124,000 nucleotides of DNA from Wallemia ichthyophaga EXF-994 (lineage: Eukaryota; Fungi; Basidiomycota), in contig NW_008806284.1 in NCBI RefSeq assembly GCF_000400465.1, forward strand, positions 20,001 through 144,000, read 5' to 3'. The stretch's first letter is position 1. Each line of letters opens with the position of its first letter. The notes beneath the pieces are model-generated. The model worked only from the letters and a program-made list of their open reading frames with translations, had not been told where the DNA came from and made no database searches. Positions 1 through 12,899 of this stretch are shown here, piece after piece. The translations under genes were made by a program, and so were the position numbers.

Positions 1-927
1 ATCTCTATCCTCCTTGACTGTACGATAGAGAGACTCCATATGAGACACTGGTACAATTTCGTCCTGTCTACCTGAAAGGAAGAGTGTATGTACACTTTTT
101 CCAATTTTCTTTATAGATTCGCCGCTATTCCATTTTTCAGTGCATAAGAAAGTGAAAGGGGTGAGGAGGGGAATGATAGAGGGAATGAGTTGGGGTATAC
201 TAGTAAAAGTGTTTTCTAAAATCAGCGCGTGAATAGAATCTGGATAATCTTTAGCCAAATCTATGCACACAGCTCCACCAATTGACTGTCCATAGAGAAT
301 TACGTTGGTTGATGACGTTAATGGATGTTGCTGGATGAATTTGAGAGCAGCTCTGGCATCAATACGTATACCAGCTTCAGAAGGCACACCTTCACTCTTT
401 CCATAACCTCTGTAGCTAACCATCAAAACATTTGTGTTTAAATTTTTGTAGAAGACTTGGGCGAGTGGAAGGCGATGGCCCTGGTGAGTTTGAGTGTGAG
501 TGTGTGATTGTTTTAACTTAAAACTCACCATATTACCCGCGTTGGCATGGAAGATTATCACAGTTGGTCGTGAACGTGATGTTTGTGATGAGGGGTGTGT
601 TATCAGATAGGCTTTTATCTTATAAGCACCTGATTGCAGTGTTATGTCTTGGTAAGGCATATCGAACCTAGCGAAAGCGGAGGGCGTTGAGCAGTGAACA
701 TTTCTACGCATGCGACACTTACTCATTTGGAGTCATAACGACACTGCGAGAATCAGCAGGCATGTTGGCTGGATAGATTAAGCTTGTTTGATAGATATAG
801 AGGAGAATGGCAGTGCCGCTAATGAGGACTGCTGATACTCCAATAAGGCCCTTGAGGGGAGTGAGATGGTGTGTGTGTCATGTAGCCAAGCAACCTTAGT
901 GCACTGCGCTATAACCGATAGAGCCAT
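1..927 (-). CDS. bem46: BEM46/ABHD13-family alpha/beta hydrolase, multi-exon, runs off the left edge
   Basis: Manual translation gives an N-terminal TM (LISGTAILLYIYQTSLIYP), then PTVIIFHANAGNMGHRLP, SYRGYGKSEG, GQSIGGAV and LILENTFTSI. ATG at 927. Confidence 0.85.
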
Positions 928-939
928 GACGGTAGCTGA

Positions 940-1619
940 TCAAGGGGCGTATATGAATATCTCGGCTATTTGAAGAGTGGGGGAATTTGCGGGTGGAGTT
1001 GGAGGTGCTTCCGCGTACAAATGACTCGAAATAGTTGAATTGCTCTCGACTACGTCACAGAAGAGATGATCCAAGTCGTCATCGTCGTCATCGTCCTTGT
1101 GGATGTTATCGAGGATAGAATGAAGTGCTTGTTGATTGGTGTGCTGCTCCTCCACCGATAGCGGCTCACTCGGAGAAATTCCATCGTTAATCGATTTCTT
1201 TGTTCGTTTGTGTGGTTTCCGGTGGATTACTTGGAGAGGCGTTACGTTAAGAATACGCTGTATACACATTGAGAGCCCCAATTCCTTTGTCATGTACTTG
1301 AGGCACTCAAAGCTATCCTCTAGCGCTGCGTCATCCAATCCAATCAAATGACCATCGTCCAGAACGCCAATCTGGTACAAACAGCGACCGCGACCCTGCA
1401 ACAGTCTGAACTTCATCTGAGTCATGTACCTGTCCAAACGATCCTTTGTCGTGTTTAGTGTGAGTTTCAGCTGTGGCGGGTGGGTGAGTTGATTGTTCGC
1501 AGTGCAATTCAACACACTTTATACTCAACAAAGCCAACGTCACTCTCTTCAACTATCTTTCTAGTTGGTACTGTATCACTTTGAAGCCACTCCCAAATCG
1601 TTATCCCCGTCGACGTCAT
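940..1619 (-). CDS. ~210-aa protein comprising only the GTPBP1/GTPBP2 N-terminal domain (no GTPase domain)
   Basis: Two exons, intron 1471-1517: EESDVGFVEYK|LKL..TQMKFRLLQGRGRCLYQIGVLDDGHLIGL. Stop at 940, 12 bp before the BEM46 ATG. Confidence 0.6.
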
Positions 1620-1675
1620 TATGCAACCAATTTTCACCAACAAATTTTATCAATTTATTGTTACAATGAATCAAT

Positions 1676-2048
1676 CTAATCGAAGAGACCGAGACCCATG
1701 TCGTCGTCAGACTCTTCCTTAGGCTCTTCCTGTACATATAGGTGGTTAGCGAAAATCTTCCAAGGAATCGTATCAACGAACCTTCTTTGGTGCTTCCTCA
1801 GCGGCGGCTGGAGCGGCACCTGCAGCAGGAGCAGCAGCAGCAGAAGCAGATGGAACAGAAGCGAGCTTCTCGGTACCTTGAGCGATCAACTCCTCGATGT
1901 TCTTGCCGTTAACCTCCTCGATGAGCTTGTTGAGGCGGCTGTCATCAGCTTCGATACCGACAGTTGAGAGGAGCTTCTTGACGTCCTCAGCTGATGGGGA
2001 GGTGTTTCCACCGACGGTGAGCAAAAGGTAGGCAGCGACGAGCTTCAT
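1676..2048 (-). CDS. RPP2: 60S acidic ribosomal protein P2
   Basis: [19 protein letters not shown]; terminal exon [13 protein letters not shown]. Confidence 0.95.
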
Positions 2049-2344
2049 CTGGGAATGTGTGAGTGGTGTACATCATTACTTAAATCTCGCTCACTGTAAC
2101 GACTTAAACTGTTTAAAGGGTGAACCTGGTCCAAGTCTTGAAAGGAGAAGACGCTCAGAGTTTGCCTATTTGCAGTCTGAAGATTTTAAAAAATAACGAA
2201 AATCTAAAAATATTGTAAAATATATTATTATTATATACTCGTTAATTCTAACACACACTCCCCCACGCCCTCACCAAATTTTGTAATTTTCTCTGCTCAT
2301 TCACTCAACTCATAATTTTTCGAATCCCTTGTTGAGAAACAGTG

Positions 2345-2866
2345 ATGGCTCCTGAGTTTGACGGTACAACAAGCGCCGCTGAGGCTGCTGAGCTCAAGAA
2401 GCGCCGTACGTTCCGCAAGTTTCAATACCGCGGTGTTGAACTTGAACAACTTCTCGACTTGAAGAATGAGGAGGTTAGTTGAATGGTGTGTTTATAGGGC
2501 ATTTGCTAACATGTCATTCAAAAGTTCATGGACCTCGTTCACGCCCGCGCTCGTAGACGTTTCCAACGTGGTCTTAAGCGTGGTCCTCTCGGTCTCATCA
2601 AGAAGCTTCGTAAGGCTAAGAAGGAGACTCCTCCAAATGAGAAGCCTGCCGTCGTTAAGACCCACCTCCGTGATATGCTCGTCGTCCCTGAAATGATTGG
2701 CTCCCAAGTCGCCATTTACAACGGTAAAGTTTTCAACACTGTCGAAATCAAGCCTGAAATGGTTGCTCACTACTTGGGTGAATTCTCCATCTCCTACAAG
2801 CCTGTCAGACACGGTCGTCCAGGTATCGGTGCCACTAACTCTTCACGTTTCGTTCCACTCAAGTAG
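2345..2866 (+). CDS. RPS15: 40S ribosomal protein S15 (uS19)
   Basis: [15 protein letters not shown] | [27 protein letters not shown]; one intron; divergent from RPP2. Confidence 0.95.
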
Positions 2867-2937
2867 GTGCGGTATGGGTGTACAAGTGTTTCAAATAGCA
2901 TGCATTTCATTCTAGTACTGGCTTCATAATTTATCGT

Positions 2938-4091
2938 CTAATCAAATGGTATGCGACGTATCGAGTTGTTGGGTTTGCTACTCGCCGCTGCCGCTTCTCC
3001 GAATGCTGATGGCACGGGTATTCCACAACAGTCACTTCCAAATCCTCCATGATGTTGTGTGCGATCGACTGTTCCTGCTTTTTGTGTGTGTGTATGTGTA
3101 TGTCCACATCCGTCTACCTCCTCTGCATGCACCGGAACACCTTCAGGTGCCTGCAAAATACTTCCAAACATAAAATGCTGCACAATTGGCAACTTGCTCA
3201 ACACTTCTGCTCTAAACATTTTGAACATTCCCTCATTTACCTTTTTCCATGTTTTAACTGCGCTGATATCGTCCAACATGGGCGAATGCCATCTCAAAGA
3301 AGCCGTTTTGATAGAGTTGATGAATTTAATACAGCTGAGATACATATACTCATCTGCCATTTCGAACATAACTTCCGGATCGTGTATGCTCTTTGGACGT
3401 AGGTATTTGTGCGCACTGAGCTGACCAGCACCCCAGAGGAAAGGGAGGAAATGGTAATCATCTAACCCCCAAACACCATGACTGCCAGCTGGTTCTAACC
3501 AGAATGTTGATTGCAGTTTGCGCATGATTGTGATATATCTCCAAAACACTCTAAGTACCAAAGCAGCCTCATCGCCAGGACCGAAGACACCTAAACGATC
3601 CAAGCAGATAAGCCAGCATATAAAGTTGAGCTCCATACCACTGCCATAGTCGATGCGCTGTCTATTACCCCAAGATTCATTGAAATAGGTGGAGACTTCT
3701 GGTATAGCCTCGCTGGGTATATCTAAAGCTTTGTGCAGCGATGGACTGGCCTGTAAATGGGTGTCATAAGAGGCATAAACCACGCTAGTAATCCACCCAC
3801 CTCCACTACTCTATCGAGAAAATCACGGAATCCAGGATTACCGAAGCGTGACTGCTTGTTGTCGATAGGCGGGGACTGTTCTGTGATAGCATCCACTCTA
3901 TCCAGCACACTGAGCACTTTGTACACTCCAGCAGATATGTGCACCTCATCAGTCAGCTTCACGTCGACCACAGCCCCGTTGAGTCTGTCAATGTACTCGA
4001 GCAGGGCGTTGAATGTATCGCTTTGCTTGAATAGCTCGAGGTGCTCATCCAATACGATTCTCTTGGTTGGCTCGGTGTATTTGTATGTCAT
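2938..4091 (-). CDS. RRD2: PP2A activator (PTPA family, Rrd2/Ypa2-like)
   Basis: SRFGNPGFR, WGNRQRIDYGSG.ELNF, LEPAGSHGVWGLDDYHFLPF; one intron near 3.8 kb. Confidence 0.85.
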
Positions 4092-4213
4092 GGATGTTTG
4101 TGATTACGAGTTACAGTTGGGAATGAAAATTATGGTGAAAATTCAATCATCTTCCAAATAACTTAGTTTTCTATTACATGAGTCTTGCTTTTCTAACTAG
4201 CCAGTTTAACCCT

Positions 4214-5562
4214 TTACGCCCTAGCTTCGTGGAGCTGCATTGCACAATCTTCTCCACCACTAGCGAGTAGACCGCCATCCCAATCCACGCCCAGTATCTT
4301 GTTCTGCTTTTCTGTCTTCCCATTTGCTGGATTCCTAACGACGGTGAAGAGTGCCTGTTTTGGTGATCTCACATCCCAAAGCTTGACATTTCCATCGAGG
4401 GCAGCACTAGCCAAGTGGTGAGGCGAGTGAGGATGAGAGGCGACGCTCTCGACGACACTCCCATGGCCCCAGAGTTTCTGGGCTACGTTGCTGGTGCTGC
4501 TGCTACGCGTATCCCATACACACACACTCCTATCGACGTGTCCACTCACCGCCACGCCATGGAGATTAAGTGAGTCAACACAGCGCAAAGCGCTGGCAGC
4601 TACGCGAGAGTCGCTCTCCAGCCCGACGCCGACATCCCACAGTCGGAGAGTATGGTCAGCACCAGCCGAGTATGCGCGCGTCTGGTCCTCCTTGGCGAAA
4701 GACACGCCATTAACAGCTCCCGTGTGACCGCGCAGACGGTGTATCGGGGCTTTACGCACGGCTTCCACGGCTGCCGGCTTGCTCTTCCTCCTCTTCTTGA
4801 CGGGCTCTTCTGGATCGGCGTCCACCTCGTGCGCCGAGGGCGTGCGCGTGTCCCACAGACACACCAACCCATCCCAGTCGCTGCTGAGCAGGGTGTGTGG
4901 CTCGCTGGGGAGGAGCGGTGGAGCGACTGCGAGTGCAGACACCGGCGCAGCGTGCGCGGTGCATTGCAGCGTCTGCGACGGCTTGCCTGCGTCTATATCC
5001 CACATCCGCACCGTGCAGTCACGTCCACCTGTCACCACTGCATTGCCTACCCATTCGCCCGCTAGCACCGGCCCCACGTGGCCGAGAAGCTCCACTGTCT
5101 TCTCGCTGCGGCTGTTCCACACACTCGCAACACCGTCGTAGCTCGTCGTCAGGAACTTGTGCTCGTTGTGCGCTGTGCGGTTTATAGAGACACTCGACAC
5201 CCAGTCGTCGTGCTCGTACGTGCTGAGGTGCTTCGGTGGGAGGATCGACGGTACGTACGAGAGGTGTAGCGTTTCTTCCTGTGTTGTGTTGTTAGTAAAT
5301 TTGTACACGGCATATCCACCGATCCACCCACGCCATTGCTGTGGTTGCTAAGGACACTCGTTAGCTTTCCCCCAGCGCTGTCCTCGCCTATAAAGAAATC
5401 AAATGGCACGGCAGATACATTCTCGAGGAGGTTGTTGATCAGCTGCGATAGCTGGAAACGCTTCCAGGTGCTCGGTATCATGTACATCTCCTCTGGGATC
5501 TTGTGCTCATTGGAGATTGAATGCAGTATTACTGGTATGTTTCTACCATCCGCTGTGCTCAT
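4214..5562 (-). CDS. YTM1: Ribosome biogenesis WD40 protein Ytm1/WDR12
   Basis: N-terminal NLE domain (LSQLINNLL..VPFDFFI) plus HDDWVSSV and WD repeats; one intron. Confidence 0.9.
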
Positions 5563-5669
5563 TTGGTGGGTTTCGTCGATAGCAGCGAATCAAGAGGGAA
5601 GACGGCGTAAATTGCAATTTTAATACATTTTATACATATATAGCTTGGCAAAGATTGTATTTCCCAATA

Positions 5670-7113
5670 TCAATCCTCCTCCGCGAACATTTCTGCCTTC
5701 CCCGTAGCCGCCTGGTAGATACGCATCGCTTCCTCCACCGCACACTCGGAAGGCTGGATAAATGGCGCTGTGACTGTGATTGGCGTGCTGACGGTGTGTA
5801 TATTGTCCTTGTCTGCATCCACATCCTCATACTCCACCTCCTCCTCGGTGTATATTGACATAAACGCAATATCGTCTTCTGTCTCGATGAGGCTGGTGAT
5901 ATATGGTCGAAAGAGATCCTCAAGTCTTCCACGCTCGTTGCCCACCAGATTTACCACTAGATAAACCATATAATACCCCACAGGACACACTCCCGCGCTA
6001 GCACCCTCATAATGCGCCTGAACAGCATTAGCGAAGGCAATACCTGGCTCGTAGACGATGATGGGTGATTCAGGGAGCGGGTTGAGGGTTGGCGGGTTAC
6101 TCAGCACCATCACTACCCTCCCCAGCTCATTCCGACGCTTCTCGTTTGTTGATATACCGAATGGGGTGAGTGTGGGCGTGTGGCCTATCACACAGCCCGC
6201 ATTGAACACCCCATCTATACCACTCATTCGTATGTTGTATCGCCCATCACATTCTACCACATCCTCGATGTCGTGGTTGAGAATGAATGTAGTGCCGCGT
6301 ACAGCGCTCGATCTGCATTTGGTGGTGAGTTGTGCTGGGTAAATCAACAATAACACTCCCCGCTCACCTGCAGTATCCCTGTATTATGTCGCCAACACCC
6401 CCATACTGCGCGTAGAGGAAGCTCGACGGTCCGTAAGCGCCATGAGCATGCAGATACGAAGCAATGCGATCGAGTACCTGGTGAGATGGCTCAAACAGCG
6501 AGATAGCCATCCCGAATGAGAACACAAGCGAGTGAAATAGCTTGGTTGGTATTCCTGCATCAAACTCACTCAGTTTCACATTCGCCCCGCTTTTGTAGTC
6601 CCCATTAGACACCGACTGGAGGAATTTCATCAACATACGCTTCTCTCGCACGTTAATATCACTTCGAAAGACTTCCTGCTTCGATTTAGGTATCTGGGTA
6701 AACTGCCCGCTGGCGTTGTACACCAATCCATCAACAAGTTTGAATTCGAGGTAATTGAATATCGACGATTTGAGAATGTTCTGCAGCTGCGTTGGTGCGT
6801 TTCTCTGCGTAAGAAGCACACTGGGGTGCAGACTGATCAGGAACTTGTGTGGATTGTCGACTTTGTTGATTTGTGAAGGTGCTGTGAAGGAGGATAGAGG
6901 AAGCGTGGCCCAGCTACCCCCATAGTAATCGTTCTTATCGACATGCAAGCACTTGTAGCCAGAAGAAGCGAGTGCACTGATGTCGTCATCGTCGTGAGCT
7001 CAGTGCGTCCACCAGCTAACCCCCACACACCTAGAAAGCAAAGACTGCGTATAACCCGTTCCAATTATCAAAAAATCGAACAAGTTTTCATTTATCGGAG
7101 TTGTCGATGACAT
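5670..7113 (-). CDS. MRS6: Rab escort protein / Rab geranylgeranyltransferase component A (GDI family)
   Basis: FDFLIIGTG, HVDKNDYYGG, EKRMLMKFL, LYAQYGGVGDIIQGYCR; several introns. Confidence 0.8.
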
Positions 7114-7149
7114 GACGGTAGACATACAAGAAATAAAGACATCAACACA

Positions 7150-8075
7150 TCAGGTCAGTCCAGGCTCTTCATCGATCGATCTCTTTATCTTGAGCATTAT
7201 CGTCGTCTTCCAGTTATCCAATTTAGTCATCTTGTCGTAATCCACAACTAGTCCCGTGTACTGCTCCTGATCGCCCTGCTCGATGGCGTCAATAGCGCCT
7301 GATAAGAATTTATATTCGCGCGACTGCTGGAAGGAGGGATCCATTTGGGTGTATTCCGCAATAGCGCGTCCCGCATCAACAATATCACCCGCAGCGAGCC
7401 AACAAAGCCCAGCCTTGAAGAAGTAATCCTTCACGCTGAATCTGGTGAGGGGTGATTCGAGTGACTGTTTAATCACCTTATCGTAGTTACTAATAGCGCG
7501 TTTGTACTGCTCGAGTTGTGCTGCGATATCTGCGACGTCTTTGTAACACGCGCTTGCTGTTGCCTTTGCATCCTCCTGTTCGTACCACTGCGCGGATTTC
7601 TCGTAGGATTCCAGAGCCAGTGTGAGATCGCCCTGCTCTGTGAGATGTATCGAGGCGATCTCTTTCATTCTGTCAGCAGCTTGTCTGAATCTGCCTGATT
7701 CGAGCAGTCCATTCACTGCTCTCTGGTAGGCGTCTACGGCGACTGATAGGAGGTTAATTAGGACGATTTAAAAGACAAACACTACACACGCTCTGGATTT
7801 GATTGCTTATATGCCTTGCCTGCCTCCCAGAAATGCTGGTTAGCTTCATTCCTCTCGTCTGCTTTTATGGCGCATTCTCCAGCCCTGACAAAGGCTTCAC
7901 CAGCCTCCTTGAACATCTGGTCGATTTTGAACTTATTCGCTGCATCTCTGAACATATCTGCTGCATCCTGCTTGCGCTCCCTGTTAGCACTAGCGCCCCA
8001 GCTAAACAATCCACCTGATTGGTTTGCCTTTTTCTCTGCTTTCTGGTATAATGCTGATCCCTGTGATTTTCCCAT
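7150..8075 (-). CDS. SEC17: Alpha-SNAP vesicular fusion protein Sec17
   Basis: DAADMFRDAANKFK, GRFRQAADRMKEIA, KLDNWKTTIMLKIK. Confidence 0.92.
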
Positions 8076-8125
8076 GTCTCGTCAGTGGATGTGCGTTGCG
8101 TGGATGATGACACTTGGACTTGCCA

Positions 8126-9018
8126 ATGAACCTTTATGATGTAAATAAAATTAACTTGACCCACTCGGCTGGCGATTGACGGACGCAATTCCAGGAAGTT
8201 AGACTCTACTCCAACACCGCCGAGCGCGATAGATTTGAGAACCTCGCCACGCTATTCGGCATCATACACTCGCTCGACTATTTGGAGAGAGCGTATGTGA
8301 GGGATTCTATAACGCAATCGCAGTACGCTCCTGCTTGCGTGAAGCTACTTGCGCAGTTCAAAACCATATTGAAGTTGGTAGCTGGGGATATTGCCGGATC
8401 TGTTGATGAATTCATGGCGCAGTATAATGTGAGTGTGGGGTGTTTTTTAAGTTTTATACTCAATTTGACCTTTCAGATGGATTGCCCTGCCGCTGCTCAT
8501 CGCCTGCATGTCGGTGTGCCTGCTACTGTCGAACACTCGGCGGAGGAGGGCGTCGAGACTGGTAAATGGGTAGCTGAAACGACTCAGGTGATTTTAATCT
8601 TTATGTTAGCTATTAAACCCCATCTAACACCCCAAAGTGCTTCATTACGTTTATGGATGCTCTCAGACTCAACCTGCGTGCTAAAGACCAGCTCCATCCC
8701 ATGCTAACAGACCTCATGAGCGTGTATTCCCGCTTCAAAGGCTCGGCAGAGTGGGAAGGTAGGCCGAAACTCGTTGGCTGGTGAGTGTTTCGATTTTTAG
8801 GTCATGTCGTATGTCGAATGTCTCACAATGTAAACAAATTTGCAGGTTGATCAGCCTCAACAAGATGAAAGCAGCTGATGAGATTACAGATGAGCAGTCA
8901 CGGCAGGTGAGTGTCTATTTAAACTCTTAATCCCAACTCAAACCCGCCACAGATGCTGTTCGACGTTGACCACGCTTATAACGAATTTTTTAGATCATTG
9001 GGTAACGACATTAATTAG
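8126..9018 (+). CDS. VPS28: ESCRT-I subunit Vps28
   Basis: LATLFGIIHSLDYLERAYVRDS, DCPAAAHRL.VGVPATVEH, MLFDVDHAYNEF; multiple introns. Confidence 0.9.
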
Positions 9019-9515
9019 TACAAGATGTAAAGTGATTGTAAGAGTAGATAGACTGATAATGTTGCTATCGACGTCAGATTCGAGCTTGCAATGTTGTAAG
9101 CAGCTTGTGTTTTGAGGGTGTATGGTATGTGTTGGCTAAATTGTTGAATCTGGTGTATGTTTATACTCAAGTAGTTCAATGCAGGAAGAAGAAGCACTAA
9201 CAAGCTGGCCAATTCCAGCTTGTACCGCCTGTAGATGAAGGTGTTTATCAGCTGAGAAGACAGACCAAGGACAAAGAGCGTGTTCATGAACACCTTGACA
9301 GCCTGTGGGCTGTGGTTGAATGTGGTGTAGAATCCAATGGAGTTGTCTGCGTTGAATTTGTTTTGGGTGTCCACCAGAAGTTTCAGGTCCTGGGTGAGGC
9401 ATATGAAGAGAATGCCGAGGCTAAAAGAGACGGAAGAAAGGGTGATGCTCTTGAGGAATGTCCTAGAGGTATATAAGCAAAGACCTAGTAATCTTGAGTA
9501 TTTTCAGACTTGCAT
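9015..9515 (-). CDS. Shr3-like ER membrane chaperone for amino-acid permeases
   Basis: Four hydrophobic segments; SVSFSLGILF and C-terminal IASSNLTSIATLSVYLLLQ resemble the Shr3 pattern. The start is best modelled as AT|G across a GC-AG intron at 9463-9513. Confidence 0.5.
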
Positions 9516-9591
9516 TTCCAAACACTTGATCGTTGTAAATGAAGCGCCTCTTGGTGAGTAACGACGAGGATACTTGAGATAATTATTTAAT

Positions 9592-10280
9592 ATGGTGAGC
9601 TATTAGGTGATATACTGCGATATATATATCTAAGCTCACCAAACCACAGCCACCTCCAAAGCCAAAGAACTCACGAATGCTGACGCTGATCAACTACAGA
9701 CTGAGAGTGACGCTTAACGACACTCGTCAGATAATTGGACAAATGTTGGCATTCGATAGGCATATGAATTTGGTTCTCGTTGATTCTATCGAGTTTAGAA
9801 GGCTCAAAGGTCCTTCAAACCAGGGCGACATTCCCAAAGAAATGAAGAGAGCGCTTGGACTAATTGTGCTGCGTGGAGAGACTATCATTTCAATATCCGT
9901 CGAAGGTCCACCACCAGTTAAGGATGAGGAACCAATTTCTGCTGGTCCTGGGCTCGGTGCTCCAGCAGGCAGAGGAATGCCACTGGGTGCAGGTATGGGA
10001 GCTGCCCCACCCGCTTTCCAGGCTCGTCCAATGCCATATGCTGGTGGTCCTCCACCTCCTGGGTTCCCGGGACCTGCGCCTGGATTCAGACCACCACCGG
10101 GGTGAGTTTTGCGCGAATTTTGAGTTGATTCAAAGTTAATAACGATGACTTAGATTCCCTGGTGCTCCTTCAATGCCTGGATTTCCAACACCGCCTCCTG
10201 GGTGAGCTATCTAAACCACCAAAACAATCCATACTAACACAGCAAACAGCTTCGGCGGTATGCGTCCACCACCAAGCTAA
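9592..10280 (+). CDS. SMB1: Small nuclear ribonucleoprotein SmB
   Basis: LINYRLRVTLND.RQIIGQMLAFDRHMNLVL, RALGLIVLRGE, proline/glycine-rich tail. Confidence 0.92.
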
Positions 10281-10371
10281 GCAGGCCCAGAATATTTATT
10301 AAAAATTAATTTGTATCTCCCATAAACCTCCGCCTTCTCTCTTTCTGCTTGACGATCAACTGTATTATGCA

Positions 10372-12645
10372 ATGGCTATGGTGGGTGATATGGATATGGG
10401 CGTTATACACGCGTCTAATCGCAGCAAACAGGACGATATACACAACATAGTCACTGATAGCGTACAAGGCATCCTCACCGATGACGGCATCCCCGCTAGC
10501 CAGCTCCCAGATATCATCTCCAATCTCGCTCGAGACGGCCACCTCTCCAACTTTATCACCAAAGAGACGCTTGAGAATGTGAAGCACTTTGCCAGCACAG
10601 ACAGACTCAACGCGACATATGTCAGCCTCGATGGTTTGCTTTCTCTTATCGACTCTCTTCTCGTGTCCTCGCCAAAACAAGACAGCCTGCTCGATGAGGA
10701 GCCTCTCGACGAAATAAGCTTTATACAGAATATGGGTGATAGTCCTGTCACTAAAGATAAGGCTAAGGACGGCGTTACCCCAAAAATTAGTCGCACCAAC
10801 AAATTCAAAAGACCGAAACCAGCGCGTAAATTCGTCAGATCCAACTCGAGCTATACCGATACCAGTGACTACTACTCGTCTGACAATGATAACGATTTCG
10901 CTCTGCACTCTCCAACCAGCTCGCCGCCCCAGACACCAAATATCGACAACAAGGAAAATCTAAGCGGGTTTGACGGGCTGATGCTGTCGAATGCACCCTC
11001 TAACAACGCCTTATCGAATGTAGGTTGTTTTAGGTCAATATGAGGCAACTGACTCACTTCCTCAGGACGCTCTGATACACACCCAGAACCAGATCAAGGA
11101 TCTCGAGAAACGTAACGCGGATCTCGAGAAAAGGCTCAAGGAAGCTGAACGTTCGTACACGCAGACGACCAGTCAGAACGAAGACTATATATCCATCATG
11201 GAAGACCAGCTCAAGGAGGTAGGTCGTGTGGTGATGTGGGTTTAAAAGTGTCTAACGCACTCCCAGAATGATGCCAAGCTGGAAGCACTCGTGCGCGATG
11301 AGAAAGATTTGCGAGCAAAGGACCGCCAGAACATGTTCACTATCAACAAGCTCGAGCATGATATTGCAACATACCAGCGTCAGGCTGAGTCCGCGCGTAT
11401 CCAGGCTAGTAGTCTGCAGAGCCAATTGGGGGATGTGAATGGTGGGTGAAGCCTGCAGTGTGCATAGTGAGTGTTAATCACGCCATCCAGATGAAATCGA
11501 TTCCCTCCGAGATAGCCTCCGCGATAAGGACAGGGATGTTCGCGAAGCGCGTAGCAGGGCTGACAAATACGAGCATGAAATGGGCAAAGTGGGTGCTTGA
11601 TCATTCGAGTTTTTTCCTTTCTTACACTGACCAGTGGGAGAATGAGCGGAAGGGGTACGATGATGCACTCCAGCGCATCAAAACACATCTCGATGTGGCG
11701 AGGAAATCGGAGCGCGTGCTGGAGGTGCAAAAGACTGAGAATCTCGGATTGAAAGTGGGTGTTCTGTGCACGACATACTCCATACTAACACACCCTTCGC
11801 AGGAAACAATAGACAGACTGCGCGGTGATCTCAGCCATCAACTCGCCTACAACGGGAGTGGAAGTGGAGGGGCAGACGAGACGGGTGGACAGCTCGGCAG
11901 TGTGTCGCGTAATCTTGGCAAAGAGCTAGCGCGGCAGTTAACAGAAGACGGCGAGCATGATAATCAAAACCCCACTAACGCTCGCACTCGGCATGAATTG
12001 GGCGAGGGCGAGATTGAAACTATCGTTACTACGCGAAGAAGGAAAGTGAAACCAAGTGTGGAAGTGGCCGTTGGAGTTGGCTCGAAGGAGGGCGGTACCG
12101 CAGAGCATCATGGCTTGGAAGAAGCACAGGCAGACGCAGAACCTGCCATCGAATCACCTCCGCCGTACTCCCAGGGCCAGGCTGGATTTGAGTATGTTGA
12201 CGACGTACGCAAGGTGTGTAGCCGCGGAGTGCAAGTATCTGTAAATAGTCGGGGTGTCGATACGCAGACGGAAGTGGACAGTCAAGCGGAAATTAACGAT
12301 GGAAGCAAACGTGCCGATAATGAAAAAGAAACGAAAGGGAAAACTATATGGAGTAAATTATACGCCATATTCAAAATATCAAGTAGAAAACCAAACGTTA
12401 TACCTATATACTCCACCATAGTATTCCTGTGTGGGATGATTGGCGGTGCGTGGATACTGCCGTCGACGACAAGCTCCGTTGAGTCGCTCAGGACGGTGTC
12501 GGGGGTAGATGAGAGAGCCATGTTCGTCGCATACAACACATTCGAAGGCGCTACTTGGTTCCTAAACACTGATAATCGCCTCGTTCACTTTATTCAGAGC
12601 GTCGTGTGGAGCGGCGTAGACACGTCTCAGCTATTCCCGGCGTAG
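10372..12645 (+). CDS. Coiled-coil tail-anchored membrane protein, candidate fungal KASH (Kms1-like) protein
   Basis: Helical N-terminal domain, long coiled coil across several exons, single C-terminal TM (IYSTIVFLCGMIGGAWIL) and a short tail ending LFPA. Confidence 0.45.
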
Positions 12646-12899
12646 TGTAGACTATTGGCTATGACTTATGCATTCATGTTACCAAGACTGACAGTCAGCT
12701 GAATGAGGTGGAGATATGAAATGCTTGTTTGAATGACGTTACAAATGCTATAATTTAGCTGCTGGTTGTTTATTAGAGTAAGAAATTTGCAGAGAGATGA
12801 AATTAATCAAGTTGAGAGAGTAATAGTAATAGTCCAGTTGTAGATCTAAGAAAAGGCGGAAGAGGTCCTGGTTGGAATTGGCCAAAGCAGCAGCAGCGT

